Assembly: GCA_963575745.1 (NCBI GenBank)
Contig: CAUYUJ010000319.1
Span: forward strand, 1 to 64,000
Origin: Prorocentrum cordatum
Lineage: Eukaryota
DNA length: 64,000 bases
Direction of reading: 5' to 3'
Shown here: piece by piece, positions 55,515 through 64,000 of the stretch
Layout of the letters: the number at the start of each line of letters is the position of its first letter
How positions within the stretch are numbered: position 1 is the first letter of the stretch
Translations under genes and position numbers: made by a program
The notes under the pieces: generated by a model
The model's input: only the letters and a program-made list of their open reading frames with translations
What the model was told of the DNA's origin: nothing
Database searches by the model: none

Positions 55515-57385
55515 GCTTTGCTGCCCTTGGGGTGCTCTGCCGGGGCAGCCTGCGCAGGACCCGCCCGGCTCCCTCCGAAGGCCGCCCTCGGGGGGCGCGC
55601 CAGGCGGCCGCGGTCTCCAGCGCCGCTGCGGGGCCCCTGCGGAGGCTCCGGCTGGGGGGCTCGGGCCTGGAGGTCACCGACTGCTGCCTCGGGACCATGA
55701 CGTGGGGGATCCAGACCAGCGGCGAGGAGTCGGGGAAACGTAAGACTCGAGTGCGCCGGAACCCAGGCTTGCCGACGCGCAGCGGGAGCTCGCGTCAACT
55801 TTCAGAACGGGTCGCGTCATCGTCCTGATGGCCCAGTCGGGCCAACCCAAGTCTCCCTCATCATTCGCCCGAGTCTTACGCCTCCCCGAGAGGAGGCCCG
55901 CGCGCAGATGGACTACGCGCTGAAGGAGCGGGGCGTCAACTTCGTGGACACCGCCGAGATGTACCCCGCACCCCCCGGGGCCCCCGGCTGGCGCGCGGGT
56001 GGCACCGAGGAGATCATCGGCTCGTGGTTGCAGAGGAACCCCGGGTGGCGCACCAGGCTCGTCCTGGCGACGAAGGTCTGCGGCCACAGCCCCCGGAGCG
56101 CGACGGCCCGGGCGCGCGGGCAGGCGTGCGCGCGCCTGGACGCGGCGTCCATTAGGAGCGCCCTGGAGGCGAGCCTGCGGCGCCTGCAGACCGACTACGT
56201 TTACCAGCCTGGAACATAGCCCTATCCCTATGCTGGGCACCTCCTCATCACGATGCCAATCTTAGGGATTCCCTTATTTTCTGAGGGCGAATCCCTAAGA
56301 TTGTCATCGCCTTTTGGCGTGTCAATCTTAGGGATAGGGATACGTTCGAGGCTGGTAATACGTGGACCTCTTCCAGCTGCACTGGCCGGACAGGTACACG
56401 CCCCTCTGGGGCGCCGCGGCCTACGACCCGTCCAAGGAGCGGCCTGGCGCGGTGCCCATCGCGGAGACCCTCCGTGCCCTGGCGGCCCTGCAGAGGGAGG
56501 GGAGGATCCGGCACTTCGGCCTCTGCAACGAGAGCGCGTTCGGGGTGTGCGAGTGGGCCGCCGCCTGCAGGGCGGAGGGCTGCCCCCCGCCAGCCTCCAT
56601 CCAGAACGAGTTCTCCATGCTGAGCCGCGGCTTCGAGGAGTCCCTGGCGGAGTGCTGCGCGCCGGCGAACCACAACCTCTCCCTGCTGCCCTGGAGCCCG
56701 CTGGGCGGCGGGGTGCTGTCGGGCAAGTACCTGCAGGACGCCCCCGCCGCCGCTCGCTTCCTGGCCCTCCCCCAGCTGCAGGGGGGGCGGTTCCTCACGC
56801 CGGCGGCCAGGGAGGCCACCGCGGAGTACGTGGCCGTGGCGCACGCCGCTGGCATCCCCCCCGCGCGTCTGGCGCTGCAGTGGTGCCAGAGCCGCTGGTT
56901 CGTGGGCTCGACGATCGTGGGGGCCACGAGCCTGGGGCAGCTGAGGGAGAACATCGACTCGTTCGACGGCCACGCCACGCCAGCGCTGCCCGAGGACGTG
57001 CTGCGAGCCGTGGACCGAATCTCGAGGAGGAAACAGCAGCATGAGCATAGACTCTCGGAGGCCCGCGCGCGTTTCTCTTGGCTCTGCGCCGGGGCCCCCC
57101 TGGCGGCGCCGATCCACGAAACCCGCGCGGACCTCCGAACGTTTGTGTTGATGCCGTGCTTTCTGCTCCCAGCATCCATGCCCGGCGGCGGAATCCGTGC
57201 AGCTTCTTCGCGGCAACGTCGCTGCCAGGGCTGCGGGGGGTGCCCGGGAGGAGCGGGCACATGCCGGGGGAGCAGGGCAGTGGCCTCCCCCCCGCGCGAC
57301 GGGCCGCGGCGGGACACTGCGGGGGCGCCCGCGCAGAGGAAGGGCCCGAGGAGGCGGGTCAGGACGAGTGTGAGGGGCAGGAGCG
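55515..57385 (+). CDS. Aldo-keto reductase, Tas-like (coding segments about 55515-55726, 55893-56198, 56362-57021, 57177-57385); start codon and true stop not resolved
   Basis: Joined segments read LGGSGLEVTDCCLGTMTWG-IQTSGEEARAQMDYA-GVNFVDTAEMYP-VLATKV-SLRRLQTDYVDLFQLHWPDRY-GRIRHFGLCNE-SIQNEFSML-LLPWSPLGGGVLSGKY-STIVGATSLGQLRENI-VDRIHARRRNP. The catalytic D, Y, K and H are present and the segments have no internal stops. Confidence 0.9.
55730..55889. mobile_element. Introner-like TIR element with 6-bp TSD GAGGAG; removable as GA...AG intron 55727-55892
   Basis: tcggggaaacgtaagactcgag / cccgagtcttacgcctccccga; GAGGAG at 55724-55729 and 55890-55895; AG|GA donor and AG|G acceptor. Confidence 0.88.
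56201..56358. mobile_element. TIR element in AKR with perfect TSD TACGT; best frame-restoring cut is GT...AC (56199-56361)
   Basis: ttaccagcctggaacatagccctatccctatg / cttagggatagggatacgttcgaggctggtaa; removal restores TDYVDLFQLHW. Confidence 0.88.
57022..57171. mobile_element. TIR element (12257 family) in AKR, TSD GAATC/GCATC
   Basis: Decayed inverted repeats of about 55 bp; removal restores VDRIHARRRNP. Confidence 0.8.
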
Positions 57386-57565
57386 TCGGGGGCGGCCAAG
57401 GAGGGGGGTGGGCATCGTGGGCATCGTGGCGGGGGCCGTGGTATCTCCCCAGACATCATGGCGCCTCTTCCTACTCCAATGCGTTCCCTGGCCCCCCCTG
57501 GTCCGCGCACGTGCCTGTGATTTGCACACCCCACTCCTGGACGCCCTCCTCTTAGACGCCCCCGA
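57386..57565. mobile_element. TIR element at the 3' end of the AKR locus, TSD GAGCG/GAGTA
   Basis: tcgggggcggccaaggagg / cctcctcttagacgcccccga. Confidence 0.7.
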
Positions 57566-59301
57566 GAGTAGGGACAGGAGCATGGACGTGACAGGGGAAT
57601 TGCACTCGGCAGTAGGATAAGGGCAACATGGACGTCGAGAGGAGATGGCAATGACGACGATGACGACGTCGACGACGACGGCGACGACGACGACGAACGA
57701 GACGACGACGAAGACGACGACGCTGACGACGACGTCGACGTCGACGACGACGACGAAAGAGACGACGAAAGAGACGACGAAAGAGACGACGACGACGTCG
57801 ACGACGACGACGCCGACGAGGGATCCCCAGCGGCTCCCCGCCAGGTGGCGCCTTCCGCGATGGTCGCTCCTCCGGTCGGGCCTCCGCCTCGGTCCGCCGC
57901 GAGTGGGGGAGGGCGTGAGTAAGAGGAAGCGGCGGGTAAGGCTGAGTCGGGCGGGGCTGGGACGAGGATAAATCCGTTCCACAGCGTCCTGGAACGCTCT
58001 CATAGCTCTCCGGGCGCTCTGAGGAGGCCGCGGCGCCGGGCTGGCATCCTCCAGAGCCGCCGGATCTCAGAGGTTCTCGATGCGTCCTCACCCGATGTTG
58101 TCCTCGTCCTGGCTTCGTCTTGCTGGGCCTCGACACTTTCCTCCTCCTCCTCCCCCTCCTCCTCTCTCCTTCCTCCTCTCTCCTTCTTCCGCCTCCGCCT
58201 CCTCCTCCGCCTCCTCCTTCCTCCTCCGCCTTCTCCGCCTCCTTCCTCTCTCCTTCCTCCTCCTCCTCCGCCTCCTCCTCCTCCTCCTCCTTCCTCCTCC
58301 TTCCTCCTCCTCCTCCTCCCCTTCCTCCTTCCTTCCTCCTCCTTCCTCCTCCCTCCTCCCTCCTCCTCTTCCTCCCTCCTCCTCCTCACCCCCTCCTCCT
58401 CCTTCCCCTCCTCCCTCTTCCTCCCTCCTTCACCCTCCTCCCTTCCTCCTCCTTCCTCCTCCTCCCCCTCCCCTCCCTCCCTCCTCCCTCCCTCCCTCCT
58501 CCCTCCCTCCTCTCTCCCCCCTCCTCCCCTCCCTCCCCTCCTCCCTCCCTCCTCTTCCTCCCTCCTCCCTCACCCCTCCTCCCTCCTCCTCCTCCTCCCC
58601 TCCCTCCGCCCTCCCCCCCCCCTCGGCGGGCCGAGGCCTGTCCTGGGCCTGCCGTTCGACCTGCGCGCCAGCTGCGGCCAGCGGCGGCCTCGGGCCGCGG
58701 CCGCCCCCTTCGCGCGCGCGGGCGCGCGCGGGCTCGCCCCGCGCGGCCCGCCCGCTGGCAGCACGCGTTCTGAAGTCGGGCCTGCCCCATCCACAGGGGG
58801 GATAGTCCAAAATAGTCACAAGATAAGCAAGACATAGCCCCAAAACATGGCCCCCCCAATAGCCCCCCAAGTAGTAGAAACGCATGGTAAGCAAATAGTC
58901 CCTCGAAAAGGGAGGGGGTACTCCCAAATAGTCATGATACAGCCTGGGGGGTATTTTTGGGGGAATTCGTTGGCCATTTTGGAGTCTGTTTTGAGTATTT
59001 CTTATTTTTCGTCGCGCCTGTCCCTCTACAGGGGGGAATATCCCGAAATAGTCAAAAAATAGTCTGGGGGCTATGTTTGGAGAATTGTTTGACCATTGTG
59101 GATCATTTTTTGATTTTTTTATTATTGTTTGAAGTATGTTTGGAGTATGTTTGGAGTATTTTCTATTTTGTTTTGAAGTATGTTTGGAGTATGATTGAAG
59201 TATCTTTGGAGTCTTTTTTTATTTTTCGTCGAAGATCCCCCCGCGCGGCCCGCCCGTTTGCAGCACTCGTTCCGAGCGTTTTTGTCTTGGTTGTTGTTGC
59301 T

Positions 59302-59466
59302 TCAGGAGGGAAAAAGGACACACGGACACAAGTCATCGTCGACCCCCCAGAAAATATGGGAAAACATGGGAAGTGGGGGGGAGGACGAACACCCAGAACA
59401 TATGAGAAACACGTTTGGAATCCTTTCATTTGTGTGTATTTATTTGTGTGTCCCAGGGCCCCTTTA
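59302..59466. mobile_element. MITE-like element (30739 family), TSD TTGCT/TTGTT
   Basis: Same internal cccagaaaatatggga motif and ends. Confidence 0.78.
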
Positions 59467-59519
59467 TTGTTGTTGTTGTTGTTGTCGGCTGTTGTTGTTG
59501 TTGTTGTTGTTGTTGTCGG

Positions 59520-59550
<31 letters not shown>

Positions 59551-59802
59551 CGGTTGTTGTTGTTGTTGTTGTTGTTTTTGTTATTGTTGTTGATGCTATA
59601 GTTTTTGTTACCATTATTGTTGTTGGTATTGTTATTGTTGTTGTGTCTGCTATTGTTCGTGTTGTTGTTGTTGTTGTTGCTGAGTGTTGTTGTTATTATT
59701 GTTGTTGTTGTTTTTGCTGTTGCTGTTGTAGTAGTAGTAGTAGTAGTTGTTGTGGTTGTTGTTCATTTTTGTTGTTATCATTGTTATTGTTGTTGTTGTT
59801 GA

Positions 59803-60559
59803 ATATTATTACTTCTAAAGAATAATTATTGTTGGGCCCCCTGGTGCACGCCCCCCCCGCCGCGCCTAGGCCGCAGCCACGTTTTCATCATTTTCGTGAG
59901 GACGCCTCAGGTAAAACGATGTCATCCAGATCCGGTTGTTTTGTTGACGCCCGCTTTCCCTTGCAAACAACACTATAAAATGAAATTTCTTGTTCTAACA
60001 TATCCAAACTTCAAGAATCCCTTGCAAAAAATGAGGTAAAGTGGACATTCGCGCGCGCAAGACGAAATCCTTCCAAAACCTTAGTGTTCGCAGCGATTTT
60101 AACATAAAAACATCAAAAAACCAATGGTTTTTCAACAAAAAATTGTCAAAATCTCATCCCGCGCGCTCTTGCGGATTCGTAGGAAACCCAACACTTTAAA
60201 CATTTCTGTCAAACGGGCTTTTGCGAGCAACTTTTTCGAACTTCTGCGACAACGGTTGCGCACCTGCCAGGGCCATCATCCCTGTCAAATAATACCATGC
60301 GGGACACATTCGTTTTTTCTTCGCGCGCGCACGCCGTCGTCGTCGGCCGCGGGGCCCTGAATAGTAGCCACGGTCGTCCGCATGCCACGAAGTGAAGTGT
60401 CCGAACGTCATAGGGCGGGAAGCTGGGTGTGGGTGGTGGCGAAGAGTCGTTTGGAAATTTGGTAGAGCTTGAACCGGCCCCCCCACAAAGTGGGGGTATT
60501 GCCCGCCTCCTATGAAAACCCTGGCACTGGTGAGAACGGAGTGTCCCCACGTGCTAGTA

Positions 60560-60562
<3 letters not shown>
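59803..60562 (-). mobile_element. Inverted copy of the 50717-51474 element, in (GTT)n
   Basis: The ORF track gives near-identical peptides on opposite strands (50564+ and 60196-). Confidence 0.85.
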
Positions 60563-60623
<61 letters not shown>

Positions 60624-60684
60624 GCTCGGTTGTTTTTGTTTTGCGGGACGGGGGGGGAGGAGGTGGAGGAGGTGGAGGAGGAGG

Positions 60685-61346
60685 ACCAGGGTATAACCAA
60701 GAGTCATCAACGATGTTGGAATCAACCCTCCCTCCAAGCTCCCTCTTCATAGGCCCCCACAACGGTTCATTTCCATGGAGGGAATTGCCTCGTTGGAAGA
60801 CAACCGTTTGAAGATCCTGAAGCATGCCATAACATTGTTCTCGGGATTTCGACGCCAAGTATCAACCTGATTGTTGCGCCTGGACGATCCGGAATTGTGC
60901 CAGAGTGCCATTTTTGGGACTTCAGCACCTCGAATCAACATAACTGTTGCACCCGCATAATCCCCAACTCTTCCAAAACACCATTTCTGGTACGTTGATC
61001 ATGGGAACCCGTGAGGCTCTTGCACGTTTTTAAAACGAATGTGTGCGGCGCTAAGGCGAGAGCCACATTTTGAAACCCACCCGCCCTCAATCCGTGAAGC
61101 TCTTGCAAATTGTTGCAACGAATGTGCGCGGTGCTAAAGAGAGAGCCACATTTTGAAAACCATCCGCCCTCAACGAATGTGCGCGACGCTAAGGCGAGAG
61201 CCACATTTTGACAACGACCCTCCCTCCATCCGTGAAGCTGTTGTCGCTTTAAGCTTCAGAGTCATAACTGGTGAGGAAGTCTCAGGCGAAACGCCCAGCC
61301 CGCCCACAAATCTGGCCTCGGTGTGCGACAAGGAGAAGTTACCTAT
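60685..61346 (-). mobile_element. Reverse copy of the 3075-3995 element, flanked by (GAG)n
   Basis: Both termini match (ccctcctccaagctccctcttca; ggaagtctcaggcgaaacgcccagcccgccc). Confidence 0.8.
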
Positions 61347-62154
61347 GAGAGGAAGGAATGGCGGAGGCGGAGGAGGAGGAGGAGGAGGAGAAGTTGGAGG
61401 GAGGAGGAGGAGGAGGAGGAGGGGGAGGAGGAGGAGGCGGAGGATGAGGAGAGGGGGATGAGGAGGAGGAGGAGGAGGAGGAGGAGGAGGAGTGAGGAGG
61501 AGGATGATGATGCTGAGATGATGATGAGGAGGAGGAGGAGGGGAAGAGGAGGAGGAGGAGGGGAGGAGGAGGAGGAGAGAGGACGAGGAGGATGAGGAGG
61601 ATGAGGAGGACGAGGAGGAGGGGAGGAGGAGGAGGAGGAGGCGGAGGCGGAGGCGGAGGGGGAGGCGGAGGCGAATGAGGCGGAGGAGGAGGAGGATGAG
61701 GAGGAGGGGAGGGGGAGGAGGAGGAGCGAGGAGGAGGAGGAGGAGGAGGAGGAGGAGGGGGAGGATGAGGAGAAGGGAAGGAGGAAGGAGGAGGCGAGGA
61801 GGAGGAGGAGGAGGAGGAGGAGGAGGAGTGAGGAGGAGGAGGAGTAGAGAGAGGAGGAGGAGGAGAGGAGGAGGAGGAGGAGGAGAGAGGAGGAGGAGGA
61901 GGAGGAGGGGGGGAAGGCGGAGGCGGAGGCGGAGGCGGAGGCGGAGGAGGCGGAGGAGGAGGAGGAGGAGGAGGAAGGGGATGGAGGAGGACGAGGAGAA
62001 GGGGGAGGCGCAGGAAGGCGAGGCGGACGAGGTGGCACAGAGGAAGGAGGGGCAAGAACGGCGGAGGGGGAGAATGCAGGCTGGAGGAAGCGTAGCATGA
62101 GAAGGCGGAGCAGCACGAGGAATGGTTGGCGGGAGGAGACGGAGGAAGCGGGTA

Positions 62155-63060
<906 letters not shown>

Positions 63061-63814
63061 GGAGGAGGAGGAGGAGGAGGAGGAGGAGGAGGAGGAGGAG
63101 GAGGAAAGAAGGGGGAGGGGAGGATGAGAAGGAGTTGGAGAAGGCGGGGGGCTGATTTGGGCGGGGGGGACCGGGTGAGGCGGGGGGGAGGGCCAGGGGC
63201 AGGAGAAAGGGCCGGGGAGAGAGATTGGTCCGACAGCCCCCCCCCTCTGGACGCCCGAAATTGGTACGGAAAGAATGGTTACGATGCCCAACAGCAGTTC
63301 CCGTTCATTGTGAACAGGATTCGCTGTGCACGCCGCCGCGGCCTGTGTCCATTCGAGACAGAAGGCCGCCTGCCCAACGGCGGCCGCTGTTGGTTTGGGA
63401 CAACATGTGTTGTTGGGCATTGTGCCATTTTTTCCGTACCCATTTCGGGCGTCCAAACCCCCCGCTTCGACCCCGGATCGCCTATCCGATCGCGAGCCCG
63501 ACCGGGGTGGGTCGGCTGCCCGACGGGGCGCGCGCGCGGCCGAGGCGGCATCCTGAAGGCTTCCGCCGCCCAGCGGCCTCCCTGCTGCTGCTGTTGCTGT
63601 TGCTGTTGCGGTTGCGGCTGTGGTTGTGGCTGTGGTTGTGGTGACTGTTGCTGTGGTTGTGGATGCGGTCGTGGTTGTGGTTTGGCGTTGTTGTAGTGGT
63701 TGTGGATGTTGTTCTTGTTCTTGTGGATGTGGTCGTGGTTGTGAATGTGGTTGTGGTTGTGGTTGTGTTTGTGGTTGTGGTTGTGGTTGTTGTTGTTGTT
63801 GTTGTTGTTGTTGG

Positions 63815-64000
63815 TGAATTCTCATTTCTGAAGAATAACTATTGTTGATCCCCCCTCACCGGTGCATATGGTTTTTCTCAATCAGAGTGTGCCCCTCGAC
63901 GCTCGCACCCTGTTTTTTGACAGGGGAAGTCTTGATGCTCAAACTGTGCCCCTGGCCACCAGGTTACAACAACAATGGCTCCCGCCTGAAACTTCCTCAC
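63815..64000 (+). mobile_element. 5' part of a dispersed element also present at 50538-50700 plus 51500 onward
   Basis: gaagaataa...ctcgacgctcgcaccctg...ttacaacaac...cccgcctga.a.ttcctc is shared. Confidence 0.75.

Overview
This is eukaryotic, GC-rich DNA saturated with microsatellites, almost certainly from a dinoflagellate. It carries two intact copies and one decayed copy of the dinoflagellate spliced leader (DCCGTAGCCATTTTGGCTCAAG) plus TTTAGGG repeats; a Prorocentrum-like host is only an inference. Most long ORFs in the track are microsatellite artefacts. Supported content: (1) the N-terminus of a Helitron RepHel ORF with a premature stop (1-667, minus); (2) an SL-capped, internally deleted LINE with zinc-finger, RT and RNase H remnants (15547-18558); (3) an SL-capped retrocopy encoding a secreted, probably GPI-anchored protein of 15 x 62-aa Cys/Trp repeats, with an A-tail, a 21-bp target-site duplication, and its empty target site visible 6 kb upstream; (4) a Tas-like aldo-keto reductase gene interrupted by several short TIR elements; (5) many unrelated 90-340-bp TIR elements sharing mostly T...A ends and mostly 5-bp TSDs. 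The most striking signal is that removing each TIR element plus one TSD copy exactly restores reading frames, yet most junctions cannot be drawn as G(T/C/A)...AG introns. This suggests a TIR-guided non-canonical intron (Introner-like) system. All alignments were done by eye; no database searches or transcript data were available.
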